Assembly (NCBI GenBank): GCA_963779755.1
Contig: CAVZZO010000003.1
Span: 832,001 to 896,000, forward strand
DNA: 64,000 bases
From: an uncultured Gemmatimonadales bacterium
GTDB taxonomy: Bacteria; Gemmatimonadota; Gemmatimonadetes; Gemmatimonadales; GWC2-71-9
Direction: 5' to 3'
Part shown: piece after piece, positions 30,997 through 41,794 of the stretch
Layout: each line of letters opens with the position of its first letter
How positions within the stretch are numbered: position 1 is the stretch's first letter
The notes under the pieces: model-generated
What the model was told of the DNA's origin: nothing
Database searches by the model: none
Seen by the model: only the letters and a program-made list of their open reading frames with translations
Position numbers and translations under genes: made by a program

Positions 30997-31809
30997 ATGA
31001 ACCGCCGTTTCGGACTGCTGGCGCTGCTATGCACCCTGCCGGCCACCCTCCAGGCCCAGGGCCTCTACCGGGATCTCCACGAGTACCTCAAGTCCAGACC
31101 GGCTCCGGTCGTGGCCGATTCGGTCCGCTGGCGGGCGGGTGGCGAGCTCTCCTTTACCGACGTGAGCGGCAACAAGTCGCTCTCGCTGCTCACCACCGGG
31201 CTCAACCTGCGCCGGGACGGCGGGCACACCTGGGCGCTGACGACCGGGATCGGCGTGCGTTACGGCCGCAGCGACGGCCAGCTGGCCGCCGAGAGCTACG
31301 ATGCCCAGGCCGATTTCCGGGTATTACCGCAGGCCGGCATCTCGCCCTTCGTCTACCTCAAGGGCTCGCGCGACGAGGTCCGGAACCTCAACCTCCGCCT
31401 GGCGGCGGCGGTCGGCGCGGAGGCCAACGTCTACCGCCACGGCGGGGGCCGGGTGTCGCTGGGACTGGCGCTGCTGCAGGATTACGAAGCGCGCGACATC
31501 CCGGACACCAGCGCCGCCCCGCGTACCGTCAGTCTCACCCGGTTCAACCTCCGGGCCTCGGCAACCACCACGCTGCGCCGGGACGTCGTGGCCGAGCACC
31601 GCTCCATGCTGGAGCCGGCGGCGAATGATCTGGGCGACTACCTCTTCACCTCCACCACGTCGGTCCGGGTGCTGCTGGGCAGCGGCCTCGCCCTGCAGAC
31701 CTCCTACATCTACAACCGCGACGCGACGCCGGCTCCCGGCGTGCTCTTCAAGGACGACCGGACCCTGACGGTGGGGTTGGTGGTAAACCTGGCGGGAGGG
31801 GGAGTGTAG
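30997..31809 (+). CDS. DUF481-like outer-membrane beta-barrel protein
   Basis: Signal peptide, SGN motif, alternating beta-strands, C-terminal DRTLTVGLVV. Confidence 0.7.
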   Translation: MNRRFGLLALLCTLPATLQAQGLYRDLHEYLKSRPAPVVADSVRWRAGGELSFTDVSGNKSLSLLTTGLNLRRDGGHTWALTTGIGVRYGRSDGQLAAESYDAQADFRVLPQAGISPFVYLKGSRDEVRNLNLRLAAAVGAEANVYRHGGGRVSLGLALLQDYEARDIPDTSAAPRTVSLTRFNLRASATTTLRRDVVAEHRSMLEPAANDLGDYLFTSTTSVRVLLGSGLALQTSYIYNRDATPAPGVLFKDDRTLTVGLVVNLAGGGV

Positions 31810-31831
31810 ACGGCGGGGAAAGGGAAACGGG

Positions 31832-32347
31832 CTACTCCGTCGCGAACTCCTGCTCCGCCGGAAAGGGCTCGACGTTGAGCAGCCAGAACCCGGCCAGCCG
31901 CCGCGTCCGGTCGACCTCGATCAGCAGGTTATCGGCCACCCGTACCACCTCCACGGGCCGCTTCTCACCCAGCCGCAGATGAAAGACGCTTTCCCGGGCG
32001 TTAGTCGAGACCGACAGGGCGGTATCCAGCTCCACTGAAGCTGCCGCCGACGGGGAGTTCCGGCTGGGCAGCAGCACCCGGCCGTCCCGGGCCGGTGAGG
32101 GGGGAACAAGATCGGGCAGCGTGGTCACCTCCGGCCACACGACCATGTCGACCCCGCGAATTACTCCGCCCACGACATCCACGACGGCCACCGAGCCTTC
32201 GGCGTCGGTCAGCTCGAGTGTGCCGGTGACACCGGTGGCCGCCGGGTCGCGGAACGACCCGGAAAGGATGTCGGTTTCGGGATCCCAATGAAAGCGGATA
32301 GCCGGCAGACCCCCGGTCAGGGATTCGATGGTGGCTTCGATGGTCAT
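31832..32347 (-). CDS. Hypothetical protein (DUF2283-like segments)
   Basis: WDPETDIL...; start overlaps the aminotransferase stop (ATGA). Confidence 0.65.
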   Translation of the reverse strand: MTIEATIESLTGGLPAIRFHWDPETDILSGSFRDPAATGVTGTLELTDAEGSVAVVDVVGGVIRGVDMVVWPEVTTLPDLVPPSPARDGRVLLPSRNSPSAAASVELDTALSVSTNARESVFHLRLGEKRPVEVVRVADNLLIEVDRTRRLAGFWLLNVEPFPAEQEFATE

Positions 32348-33579
32348 GCGCGGGCTTCCTCGGCCAGACGAAGATCGGCGTGCTGCCGGTAGTCGCGAAT
32401 GAAACGGATCACGCGGTCCAGCGCCCGCTCCAGGTCCTCGCGGGACACCGCGTAGCTGAGGCGCACCCAGCGGTCGTCGCCGAAGGCGGCGCCCGGGACC
32501 AGGGCCACGCCCTCCTGCTGCATCAGCAGATGGCAGAAGGCCTGCCCGACCACCGGGCGGGCGGCCTCGATGCCGTCCACCCGGAAGAAGAAGTAGAACG
32601 CGCCGTGCGGCTCGACGAACTCGACGCCGGGCACGTCGCGCCGGAAGCGCTCGACGACCAGGTCGCGCCGGGCCCGGAACTCCGCCACCATGCGGGCCAG
32701 ATCCTGCTGCACCCGTTCGTCGCCGAAGGCGGTGGCCGCCGCCCACTGCGCCGGGTGATTGGCGCCCGTCGTCGTGTGGGACTGGAGCGCCGCGATCGAC
32801 CGGGCGAGCCCGGACGGCGCCAGCGCCGCGCCGATGCGCCAGCCGGTCATCGCGTAGGCCTTGCTGGCCCCGTAGATCAGGACCATCCGCTCCAGCAGCT
32901 CGTCGGGCAGATCGAGAAACGAGGGCGCCGAGCCGGTACCATAATGGATATGGCGGTAGATCTCGTCGGCGACGATCCAGATCTCGTGCTTGCGGGCCCA
33001 CTCGGCGATCGCCTTCAGCTCGGAGCGGGTGTATACCGCGCCGGTGGGGTTGCAGGGCGAGCAGAGAATGATGCCGCGCGTGAGCTTGTCGGTCTGGCGC
33101 TCGAGATCGGCGACGCTCACCTTGAGGCCCCACTCCGGCTCCCCCGCCACCGCGACCGGTTCCGCCCGGCAGAGATGCACGATCTGGGGGTAGGACACCC
33201 ACGCCGGCGAAGGAATCAGGACCTTGTCGCGCGGGCCAAAGAGGCAGAAACAGGCATTGAAAATCGCCTGCTTCGACCCGGAGCTCACAATGACGTTGTC
33301 GGGATTGACCGCGCGGCCGCCGGAGAGCAGCGAAAGGTTCCGCGCGATCGCGGTGCGCAGCTCCGGGATCCCGATGTTGGGCGGGTAGCGGGTCTTGCCC
33401 TTCTGGATGGCCTGGATGCCGGCCTGCGCCACCAGGGGCGGCGTGTCGAAATCCGGCTCGCCCACGCCCAGGTCCAGCACGTCCTCCCCTGCCGCCCGGC
33501 GCCGCTTGGCTTCGGTGCTGATCGCGACCGTTTCCGACGCGCGCAGATAGGCGATGTTGGCGGAGAAGGAATCGGCCAT
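32344..33579 (-). CDS. PLP-dependent aminotransferase class I/II (AspAT-like)
   Basis: GEPDFDTP, SPCNPTG, DEIY, SKAYAMTGWRIG, RLSYA. Confidence 0.95.
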   Translation of the reverse strand: MADSFSANIAYLRASETVAISTEAKRRRAAGEDVLDLGVGEPDFDTPPLVAQAGIQAIQKGKTRYPPNIGIPELRTAIARNLSLLSGGRAVNPDNVIVSSGSKQAIFNACFCLFGPRDKVLIPSPAWVSYPQIVHLCRAEPVAVAGEPEWGLKVSVADLERQTDKLTRGIILCSPCNPTGAVYTRSELKAIAEWARKHEIWIVADEIYRHIHYGTGSAPSFLDLPDELLERMVLIYGASKAYAMTGWRIGAALAPSGLARSIAALQSHTTTGANHPAQWAAATAFGDERVQQDLARMVAEFRARRDLVVERFRRDVPGVEFVEPHGAFYFFFRVDGIEAARPVVGQAFCHLLMQQEGVALVPGAAFGDDRWVRLSYAVSREDLERALDRVIRFIRDYRQHADLRLAEEARA

Positions 33580-33761
33580 GAGAGACAGTGCCTGTCAGGA
33601 AGACCTCGGACTCCAGCTGATGCGGCGCACCAGCCGAGGGACAGGAAGAAAATCCGTAACGTACCATGGGAAGTCAACAGGCCGCGCGCCATGGCGATCG
33701 CCCCGGCAGGCGCTTAGCTTCGAGCCTCGCAGCCTGGCGCTGTTTGACAACCGAGGGAGCC

Positions 33762-35144
33762 ATGACGTTTGACGAATTGCCTGTGATGCCGGCCCTCGCC
33801 GCCGGCCTGGAACGCCTGGGATACCGACCCGACGAGCCCCTGGTGCGGGATACCATCCCGACGGCCGCCCGGTCCCATCCGCTGGTGCTGGTGGCACCCC
33901 CCGCGGCCGCGTACGCCCTGCCCGCCGCCGCCGGCCTGCTGAGCTCGGCGCGCGAGGGCACGCGCCTGGTCCTCTGCCCCGCCGCCGCCATCCCCGAATG
34001 GGAGGCCGGCCTGCGGCGCCTGACCGAGGGCAGCGGCCTTCGCCTCCACGCCGCCACCCGGCCCGGCCGCGCCGCGCGGCTCCTGGCGGAGAACAGCGTC
34101 GACCTTCTGGTCACGGCTCCCGAAACTGCGCTGGCGCTGCTCCAGCGCTCGGCACTCGGACGCGAGCGGGTCGGCGGAGTGCTGCTGGCCTGGCCCGAGG
34201 CCATGCCGGAACGCGACACCGCCCTCGCGCCGCTAATGCAGGAACTCGGCAGCGACACCCCCCGCCTGCTGGTCACCTCGGCACCCGCCCGCGCCGCCGA
34301 TCTCATCGAGCGGTACGCGCATCGCGCCGTCACGGTCACGCTCCCCGTCACCCCCCTCGAGCCCCGGCCCGGCGTACGCACCGTGGTCACCGGCTGGGAC
34401 CGGCGCGAGGCCTCGGCGGCACTGGCGATCGAAGTGCTCGACCCGGCGCGGGTGCTGCACTGGCACCTCGCCGATTCCCTCCCCGGTTCGCCCGAACCGG
34501 GCGCGCCGGGTCCCGACCTGGTAATCGCCTGGGACCTGCCGCTCCCGGCGCGCTTGCTGGAGCTGGCGGCCCTGGCGCCGGTTGTGCTGTTGGTCCCGCC
34601 CTGGGCACTGCCCTGGGTCAGCGGTATCGCGTCGGTCCGCCCGCTCCGGCTCCCCGGTGAGAGCGATGAGGCGCAGGACCGCGCCGCGCGCGACCGCGCG
34701 GCGCTCGCCGCCCTGGCCGCGGATCCGGCGATCGAGCACGGGCTCTTCGCCCTGGCGCCGCTCTTCGACCGCTACGACCCGGCGGTGATCGCCGCCGCGG
34801 CCTACACGCTGTGGCGCCGGAGCGGCACGCCCGAAGCCGCGCCGGTAGTGCCGCCCCCGGCGGCGACGACGCGGGTGTGGATCGGCGTGGGACGGAAGGA
34901 CGGCGCGACGGCGGCCGATTTCATGGGCGCGCTGACGCGCGAACTCGGGCTGGACCGGACCCAGGTGGGCCGGATCGAGCTGCGGGAACTGTTTACGCTG
35001 GTGGAGCTCCCGGCAGCCCTGGCTGAAGACACGGCGCGGCGGCTCACCGGACTCAACATCCGGCGCCGCCGCGTGACCGCCCGGGTGGACCGGCCGGCCA
35101 CCCGGCCCGACCGCCGTCCCCGCAGCCGGCCTACTTCTGGTTGA
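33762..35144 (+). CDS. Degenerate DEAD-box-like protein with C-terminal DbpA RNA-binding domain
   Basis: MTFDEL...LERLGY start and RVWIGVGRKDG...VGRIELRELFTLVE DbpA domain; no GKT or DEAD motif. Confidence 0.7.
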   Translation: MTFDELPVMPALAAGLERLGYRPDEPLVRDTIPTAARSHPLVLVAPPAAAYALPAAAGLLSSAREGTRLVLCPAAAIPEWEAGLRRLTEGSGLRLHAATRPGRAARLLAENSVDLLVTAPETALALLQRSALGRERVGGVLLAWPEAMPERDTALAPLMQELGSDTPRLLVTSAPARAADLIERYAHRAVTVTLPVTPLEPRPGVRTVVTGWDRREASAALAIEVLDPARVLHWHLADSLPGSPEPGAPGPDLVIAWDLPLPARLLELAALAPVVLLVPPWALPWVSGIASVRPLRLPGESDEAQDRAARDRAALAALAADPAIEHGLFALAPLFDRYDPAVIAAAAYTLWRRSGTPEAAPVVPPPAATTRVWIGVGRKDGATAADFMGALTRELGLDRTQVGRIELRELFTLVELPAALAEDTARRLTGLNIRRRRVTARVDRPATRPDRRPRSRPTSG

Positions 35145-35418
35145 GGAGGTCCTTCAGCGCCTTGCCCGCGCGGAACGCGGGCACGGTGGACGCCTCGACA
35201 TCGATGGTGCCGCCGGTCCGGGGGTTGCGGACCTGACGGGCGGCGCGCTGCCGGGCTTCGAAGTTGCCGAAACCGGTGATCTGGACCTTGCCACCCTTCT
35301 TCAGCTCGGTGCCGATCACACCGCCGGGCGCGAACAGCGTGTCGATGATCTTCGCGGCGTTCGCACGCGAGGTTTCCAGGCGTTCGGCGACGGCCTCCAC
35401 CAGTTCCTGCTTGGTCAC
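35131..35418 (-). CDS. hup: DNA-binding protein HU
   Basis: TKQELV, VQITGFGNF, RNPRTG, VPAFRAGKALKD. Confidence 0.93.
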   Translation of the reverse strand: MTKQELVEAVAERLETSRANAAKIIDTLFAPGGVIGTELKKGGKVQITGFGNFEARQRAARQVRNPRTGGTIDVEASTVPAFRAGKALKDLLNQK

Positions 35419-35611
35419 GCGCGGCTCCTTGCGGAAGAACTGCGTTCGTGGCATCCTAACGGCGGGCGAAGGGCCGCAATATGAGTCCCCTACCCGAGCC
35501 GCCGCAAGATGTCTAGCTTGACGTCTGCCCCCGCGCGACAACTTCCGGTAACGTAGCAGCCGGCCGGTCCGGCGCCTCCAGGCGGCCGACCGGCGGCGGA
35601 GAATCCGAACG

Positions 35612-36217
35612 ATGTATCACGGCGCCCGGCCCGGCTCGATTGAAGTCATCTGCGGCGTGATGTTCAGCGGCAAGAGCGAGGAGCTCATCCGCCGGGTCCG
35701 CCGCGGCATCATCGCCCGCCGCCGGGTCCAGGTCTTCAAATCCCACCTCGATACCCGCTACCGCGGCCTCTTCACCGTTGCCAGCCACGACGGCTCGGAG
35801 TTCGAGGCCTCGCCGGTGGACAGCGCCGCCGAGATCTTCCGGCTGATCCGCCCCGACACGGAGATCGTAGCGGTGGACGAGGCCCAGTTCCTGGACGAGG
35901 GCATCACCGAAGTCGCCACGGTGCTGGCGGGCCGCGGCGTGCGCGTCATTCTCGCGGGGACGGACACCGATTTTCGGGGCGAGCCCTTCGGCCCCATGGG
36001 GGCCCTGATGGCGGTGGCCGAGCAGGTGGACAAGCTCAATGCCATCTGCGTGGTCTGCGGCGATCTCGCCTGCCGCAACCAGCGCCTCATCAACGGCCGC
36101 CCCGCCCGCTACGATTCGCCCACCATCATGGTCGGCGGCAGCGAGGCGTACGAAGCGCGCTGCCGGCACTGCCACCGGGTGCCACGGGAGGACGAGGACC
36201 AGACCGCGCTGCTGTAG
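35612..36217 (+). CDS. tdk: Thymidine kinase
   Basis: [20 protein letters not shown] and CRHC Zn site. Confidence 0.96.
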   Translation: MYHGARPGSIEVICGVMFSGKSEELIRRVRRGIIARRRVQVFKSHLDTRYRGLFTVASHDGSEFEASPVDSAAEIFRLIRPDTEIVAVDEAQFLDEGITEVATVLAGRGVRVILAGTDTDFRGEPFGPMGALMAVAEQVDKLNAICVVCGDLACRNQRLINGRPARYDSPTIMVGGSEAYEARCRHCHRVPREDEDQTALL

Positions 36218-36243
36218 GAGTTGGCAGCTCACCGGTAGAGCCC

Positions 36244-36311
36244 TCGACGCCCTTGACCTTCTCGACTCCCTCGACCGTCAAGGCAGATCGAGACGGTCGA
36301 GGGTGTCGAGA
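36244..36311. repeat. 9-bp TCGAC-type tandem/inverted repeat
   Basis: Four direct TYGACNNNN units then three TCGAG units; related cluster at 30890-30937. Confidence 0.6.
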
Positions 36312-36344
36312 GCACAGCGGGCCTCCTGCACTACTATTCCCCCC

Positions 36345-37493
36345 ATGCTCAACGTCGCGCTCACCGGCAATATCGCGGCCGGCAAGTCCGCCGTCCTCAG
36401 CCTCTTCCGGGCCTGGGGCGCGACGGTCATCGACGCCGACCAGCTGGTGCGGGAGGCGCAGCGGCCCGGCACCGAAGTCCTGCAGGCCATCGCCTTCCGG
36501 TTCGGCCGCGACGTGATCCTCCCCGGGGGCGAGCTGGACCGGGCGGCCCTGCGCGGCAAGGTCGTGGGCGACGAAGACGCCCTCGCCGCGCTGAACGCCA
36601 TCGTGCATCCCGCCGTCCGCCGGGAACGCGCCCGGCTGCTGGCCCGGGCCGAAGCCCGGGGCGACCTCATCGTCATCAATGACATCCCCCTGCTCTTCGA
36701 GGCGGCCGATCCCGCCGATTTCGACCTGGTGGTTCTGGTCGATGCCCCCGAGGACGTCCGCCGCCGCCGTCTCCTGGAAATCCGGGGCCTCGCTCCGGTG
36801 GAAGCGGAACTGATGCTCCGGGCGCAGCAGCCGGCCGGCCCCAAGCGGGGCCGCAGCCAGATCGTGATCGACAACGCGGGGAGCCTGGACGCACTCCGGG
36901 TAGAGGCCCACCGGGTGTGGCGGCGCCTGCGCCGCGAAGCCGCCACCCGCGCAGCCGAGCCCGGCCTCGGCGCGGTCCTGGTGCTCACCGCGGCGCTGGA
37001 CGCGCCCCTCCCCTGCGGCACCCTGGCCCGCTATGCCGCCGCCGGCGTGTCCACCCGGGTGCTGCTGGCGACCGGCAACCCGCCCGAGGCCGTCTCCTGG
37101 GCCGAGGCACTGGGTGTGGCGGAATTGCGGCTGCTGCAGCGGCAAGCGGAGAAGCTGGCGGATGATGACGCCGGGGCGGTTGGCCTGGTGCGCGAGCTGC
37201 TGGCACCGGCAGGCGCCACCGCCGTGCTGCTGCCGCCTCGTGATCACCCCGCATCCTCCATCCTCGCGGCCTGGGCGCAGCGCGCCACCGGCGAGGGGCC
37301 GACCACGCTGCTCACCCAGCGCCTGCAGAATCAGGAACGCGCCACCGTGCGGCTCGATGTCCGCCCCTGGGCCGACATCTGCGCCGGAGCGCCGGGAGCG
37401 CCGCCGGACGCGGCCGCGCCCACCGGGGCCGAGTGCTTCGACGATCCGTCCCGCCCGGCCGGGCGCCGCTTCCAGCTGCTGCAACGCGCTTGA
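36345..37493 (+). CDS. coaE: Dephospho-CoA kinase with C-terminal extension
   Basis: LTGNIAAGKS, IDAD, LDRAAL, LNAIVHP, IPLLFE, followed by about 185 extra residues. Confidence 0.88.
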   Translation: MLNVALTGNIAAGKSAVLSLFRAWGATVIDADQLVREAQRPGTEVLQAIAFRFGRDVILPGGELDRAALRGKVVGDEDALAALNAIVHPAVRRERARLLARAEARGDLIVINDIPLLFEAADPADFDLVVLVDAPEDVRRRRLLEIRGLAPVEAELMLRAQQPAGPKRGRSQIVIDNAGSLDALRVEAHRVWRRLRREAATRAAEPGLGAVLVLTAALDAPLPCGTLARYAAAGVSTRVLLATGNPPEAVSWAEALGVAELRLLQRQAEKLADDDAGAVGLVRELLAPAGATAVLLPPRDHPASSILAAWAQRATGEGPTTLLTQRLQNQERATVRLDVRPWADICAGAPGAPPDAAAPTGAECFDDPSRPAGRRFQLLQRA

Positions 37494-37548
37494 TTTCGGG
37501 GCGCAGCGCATCTATCCTCTGCCCACGGCAAACCCCACGGAGCATCCC

Positions 37549-37935
37549 GTGTCGAACGTACCCGAGCAGCTTCGCTACACCGATGATCACGAATATGTCC
37601 GGCCCGGCGACGGCGCCGAGTTCACCATCGGCATTACCGACTACGCGCAGGGCGAGCTGGGCGACGTGGTCTTCGTCAGCCTGCCCAAGGTGGGCGAGCG
37701 CTTCGAGGGGCACGGCGTCTTCGGCACCATCGAAGCGGTCAAGGCCGTCTCCGAACTGTTCTGCCCCCTGGCCGGCGAGGTCACCGCGGTAAACGACGCG
37801 CTCGACGGCAGCCCGGATCTGGTCAACAAGGACCCCTACGGCGAGGGCTGGATGATCCGCCTCCGCGCCGACGACCCCGGCGCAGCCGACACGCTGATGG
37901 ATGCCGGTGCCTACAAGCAGCATATCGGGGAATAG
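37549..37935 (+). CDS. gcvH: Glycine cleavage system H protein
   Basis: GITDYAQGELGDVVFV, EAVKAVSE lipoyl-Lys, DPYGEGW. Confidence 0.96.
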   Translation: MSNVPEQLRYTDDHEYVRPGDGAEFTIGITDYAQGELGDVVFVSLPKVGERFEGHGVFGTIEAVKAVSELFCPLAGEVTAVNDALDGSPDLVNKDPYGEGWMIRLRADDPGAADTLMDAGAYKQHIGE

Positions 37936-37966
37936 GGTCCGGCGGTGCACCTGACGGTCGTTTTCG

Positions 37967-38000
37967 AGGCGCCCCGGGCTGTCGCTCCGGGGCGCCTTTT
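37967..38000 (+). terminator. Terminator-like hairpin between gcvH and gcvP
   Basis: AGGCGCCCCGG-loop-CCGGGGCGCCT followed by TTT. Confidence 0.6.
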
Positions 38001-38047
38001 CCGCGCGGCGGTCGGCCGCGCTTCCCAGAGCGGAGTCTGAACCGAGC

Positions 38048-40921
38048 ATGAAGCCAGAGACCTTTGCCTCGCGCCACATCGGCCCGCGCGATGCCGATAT
38101 AGAAGAAATGCTGCACACCCTGGGCTATTCCTCCCTGGATGCCCTGATGAAGGCGGTCATTCCCGCCGGCATCCGGCTGCGCCGCAAACTCAAGCTCCCC
38201 GCCGCCCGCTCCGAAACCGAGGTCCTGGCCGGCTTCCGCGCCATGGCGGCGAAGAACCGGATCTGGCGCTCCTACATCGGCATGGGTTACGCCGATTGCG
38301 TCACCCCGCCGGTCATTCTCCGCAACGTGCTGGAGAATCCCGGCTGGTATACCGCCTACACGCCCTACCAGCCGGAAATCGCCCAGGGCCGGCTGGAAGC
38401 GCTCCTGACCTACCAGACGATGATCGCGGACCTGACCGGTCTCGAGATCGCCAATGCCTCGTTGCTGGACGAGGCCACCGCCGCCGCCGAGGCGCTGCAC
38501 CTCACCGTGGCCTCGGTGCGGCACGAGGGAACGCCGGTGTTCCTGGTTGATCGCGCCTGCCATCCGCAGACCATCGCCGTGGTCCGGACCCGTGCCGAAG
38601 CGCAGGGCATTACCGTGCGGGTGGACGATCCGGCCGCGTTCCGCTTCGAGCCCGGCGTCATCGGCGCCCTGGTGCAGTATCCCGCCACCGACGGGGCCGT
38701 CCGCGATTTCCGCGAGCTGTGCGACGCGGCCCACGCCACCGGCGCCCTGGTCACCGCCGCCGCCGATCTGCTCAGCCTGGTGCTGCTCACGCCGCCGGGC
38801 GAATGGGGCGCCGATATCGCCGTGGGCAACACCCAGCGGTTCGGGGTGCCCCTGGGTTACGGCGGCCCCCACGCCGCCTACTTCGCCACCCGCGACGCCT
38901 ACAAGCGGAATGTGCCGGGGCGGATCATCGGCCTGTCGAAGGATCGTGCCGGCCGGCCGGCCCTGCGCATGGCGCTGCAGACCCGGGAACAGCACATCCG
39001 GCGGGAGAAAGCCACCAGCAACGTCTGCACCGCGCAGGTGCTGCTCGCGGTGATGGCGGGCATGTACGGCGTGTATCACGGCCCCGACGGGCTGCGCCGT
39101 ATCGCCGAACGGGTGCACGGCCTCACCGCCCTGCTGGGCGAGTCGCTCCAACGGCTGGGCGCGCGGCTGGCGCACCCGGAGTATTTCGATACCCTGGCCG
39201 TCATCCTGCCGGAAATCGAAGTCGACCGGGTGCTGGGGACCGCCGCGCGCAAGAAGATCAACCTGCGGCGCCTGGGCGCCGACCGGCTGGGCATCACCCT
39301 GGACGAAACCACCACCGCCGCCGGCGTGCGCGATCTGGTTGCACTCTTCGCCCACGATGGCAAGGCGCCGGTCTGGTTCCGGGACCTCCAGCAGAAGCCG
39401 CGGCCGCGCGCCCTGCCGCCGGCGCTGGAGCGGAGCAGCGGGTTCATGGAGCACCCGGTCTTCCACCGCTACCGCTCCGAAACGGAGATGCTGCGCTATC
39501 TGAAGCGGCTGGAAGACCGCGACCTCTCGCTCACGTCGGCCATGATCCCGCTGGGCTCCTGCACCATGAAGCTCAACGCGACCACCGAGATGATCCCGGT
39601 CACCTGGCCCGAGTTCGGGGCCATTCACCCCTTCGCCCCGCCGGCCCAGGCCGCCGGATATACCGAGCTGTTCAAGCGGCTGGAGAAGGCGCTGCTGGAG
39701 ATCACCGGCTTCGCGGCCATCAGCCTCCAGCCCAATGCCGGCAGCCAGGGCGAATTCGCCGGCCTGCTGGTCATCCGTGCCTGGCATGCCTCGCGCAACC
39801 AGGCGCACCGTGACATCTGCCTCATTCCCCAATCGGCCCACGGAACCAACCCGGCCAGCGCCGTCATGGCGGGCCTGCGGGTGGTGGTGGTGAAGACCGA
39901 CCAGCACGGCAACATCGACGTGGACGACCTGCGCGCCCGCGCCGACGAGCACCGCGACCGGCTCGCCGCCCTGATGGTAACCTACCCCTCGACCCACGGC
40001 GTCTTCGAAGACCGGATTCGCGAGATCTGCGAGATCGTCCACCAGGCCGGCGGACAGGTCTACATGGACGGCGCCAACATGAATGCACAGGTGGGACTCA
40101 CCCGGCCCAGCGAGATCGGCGCCGACGTCTGCCACCTGAACCTGCACAAGACCTTCTGCATTCCACACGGCGGCGGCGGCCCCGGCATGGGCCCCATCGC
40201 GGTGGCGGCCCACCTCGCGCCCTTCCTGCCGGGGCATCCGGTGGTGGAGCTCGACCACGAGCAGGCGTGCGGCACCGTGGCGGCCGCACCCTGGGGCAGC
40301 CCGTCGATTCTGCCGATTTCGCTGGCCTATATCGAGCTCATGGGCCCCGACGGACTGACCGATGCAACCCGCGTCGCCATCCTGAACGCGAACTACATCG
40401 CCAGGCGGCTGGAAGGGCACTACCGGCTGCTCTACAGCGGGAAGAACGGGCTCATCGCGCACGAGTGCATTCTCGATACGCGGCCCTTCAAGGCCTCGGC
40501 GGGCGTGGACGTGGAGGATATCGCGAAGCGGCTCATCGACTACGGCTTCCATCCGCCCACCATCTCCTTCCCGGTGCCCGGCACGATGATGGTGGAGCCG
40601 ACGGAGAGCGAGTCGAAAGAAGAGCTGGACCGCTTCTGCGACGCCCTGATCGCCATCCGCGAGGAAATCCGGGAAATCGAAGACGGCCGCGCCGAGCGGG
40701 GCAATAACCTGCTCAGCCATTCGCCCCACACGCTCCAGGACCTGCTGAGCGATGCCTGGGACCGGCCCTACAGCCGGGAGCGGGCGGCCTTCCCCACCGC
40801 CGCCGTGCGGGAACACAAGATCTGGCCCACCGTCAGCCGGATCGACGCGGCCTTCGGCGACCGCAACCTGGTGTGTACCTGTCCGCCGACGGAGGAATAC
40901 GCGGGTGCGATCGCCGGCTGA
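38048..40921 (+). CDS. gcvP: Glycine dehydrogenase (decarboxylating)
   Basis: [44 protein letters not shown]. Confidence 0.98.
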   Translation: MKPETFASRHIGPRDADIEEMLHTLGYSSLDALMKAVIPAGIRLRRKLKLPAARSETEVLAGFRAMAAKNRIWRSYIGMGYADCVTPPVILRNVLENPGWYTAYTPYQPEIAQGRLEALLTYQTMIADLTGLEIANASLLDEATAAAEALHLTVASVRHEGTPVFLVDRACHPQTIAVVRTRAEAQGITVRVDDPAAFRFEPGVIGALVQYPATDGAVRDFRELCDAAHATGALVTAAADLLSLVLLTPPGEWGADIAVGNTQRFGVPLGYGGPHAAYFATRDAYKRNVPGRIIGLSKDRAGRPALRMALQTREQHIRREKATSNVCTAQVLLAVMAGMYGVYHGPDGLRRIAERVHGLTALLGESLQRLGARLAHPEYFDTLAVILPEIEVDRVLGTAARKKINLRRLGADRLGITLDETTTAAGVRDLVALFAHDGKAPVWFRDLQQKPRPRALPPALERSSGFMEHPVFHRYRSETEMLRYLKRLEDRDLSLTSAMIPLGSCTMKLNATTEMIPVTWPEFGAIHPFAPPAQAAGYTELFKRLEKALLEITGFAAISLQPNAGSQGEFAGLLVIRAWHASRNQAHRDICLIPQSAHGTNPASAVMAGLRVVVVKTDQHGNIDVDDLRARADEHRDRLAALMVTYPSTHGVFEDRIREICEIVHQAGGQVYMDGANMNAQVGLTRPSEIGADVCHLNLHKTFCIPHGGGGPGMGPIAVAAHLAPFLPGHPVVELDHEQACGTVAAAPWGSPSILPISLAYIELMGPDGLTDATRVAILNANYIARRLEGHYRLLYSGKNGLIAHECILDTRPFKASAGVDVEDIAKRLIDYGFHPPTISFPVPGTMMVEPTESESKEELDRFCDALIAIREEIREIEDGRAERGNNLLSHSPHTLQDLLSDAWDRPYSRERAAFPTAAVREHKIWPTVSRIDAAFGDRNLVCTCPPTEEYAGAIAG

Positions 40922-41729
40922 GCCGGCATCCGCACCGTCGGAGGTCCGCCCCGGTCCGCAGCGGCCCGCCTGGACGCTGCTCCGGGACCAGCCCCGGCCG
41001 GGCTGGGAGAACATGGCGCTGGACCAGGCGCTCCTCGACGCGGCCGACGCGACGGGAGCGGCCTGGCTCCGGCTCTATGGTTGGGATCCCTGCTGCCTCT
41101 CCTTCGGCCGGCACGAACCCGCGGCGCGCCGCTACGACCGCGCCCGCATCGCCGCGCTGGGCCTGGATTGCGTGCGCCGGCCCACCGGCGGCCGCGCCGT
41201 CTGGCACGCGCAGGAGCTGACCTACGCCGTGGCGGCGCCGGTGGCGGCGTTCGGTTCGCTGGCGGACGCGTACCGCGCCATTCACGAGACTCTGGCGGGG
41301 GTGATCCGCGCGCTGGGCCTGCCCGCCCGGCTGGCGCCGCCGCCCGACGGCGCCCTGGGCCTCGAAACCGGCGCCTGCTTCGCGCGCCCCGTCGGCGGCG
41401 AAGTCCTGGTTGACGGCTGGAAAGTGGTGGGCAGCGCCCAGCTCCGGCAGGGCGATGCCTTCCTGCAGCACGGCAGCATCCTCCTGGCCGGCAATCAGGA
41501 TGTGGTCCGGCAGGTGACGCTCGGCGCCGCGGTGCCCTCGGGCGAACGCGCCCTCGCGGACTTATTGCGGCGCCCGCTCACCAGCGGCGAACTGGCGGGC
41601 CACATCGCGGCGGCCGCCGCCGACTGGCCGGGACGCTGGCGCGAGGAGCGGCTGCCGCACTCGCTCGCCGCCGGGGCGGCACGGCACGCCGGGCGGTTCC
41701 GCGGCGAGGCCTGGACCTGGCGGCGCTGA
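40905..41729 (+). CDS. Lipoate-protein ligase/octanoyltransferase (LplA/LipM family)
   Basis: [38 protein letters not shown] before GTG 40905. Confidence 0.88.
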   Translation: MRSPAEPASAPSEVRPGPQRPAWTLLRDQPRPGWENMALDQALLDAADATGAAWLRLYGWDPCCLSFGRHEPAARRYDRARIAALGLDCVRRPTGGRAVWHAQELTYAVAAPVAAFGSLADAYRAIHETLAGVIRALGLPARLAPPPDGALGLETGACFARPVGGEVLVDGWKVVGSAQLRQGDAFLQHGSILLAGNQDVVRQVTLGAAVPSGERALADLLRRPLTSGELAGHIAAAAADWPGRWREERLPHSLAAGAARHAGRFRGEAWTWRR

Positions 41730-41794
41730 TCCGGGCCTGACACGCCGTTCCGGAATCCGTATCTTCCATTCAGTCTTTATTCCGGGAGCCATTC

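Noticed and set aside
37494..38047. Glycine riboswitch near gcvH/gcvP
   Set aside because: Intergenic spaces are short with no recognisable aptamer; only a terminator-like hairpin.
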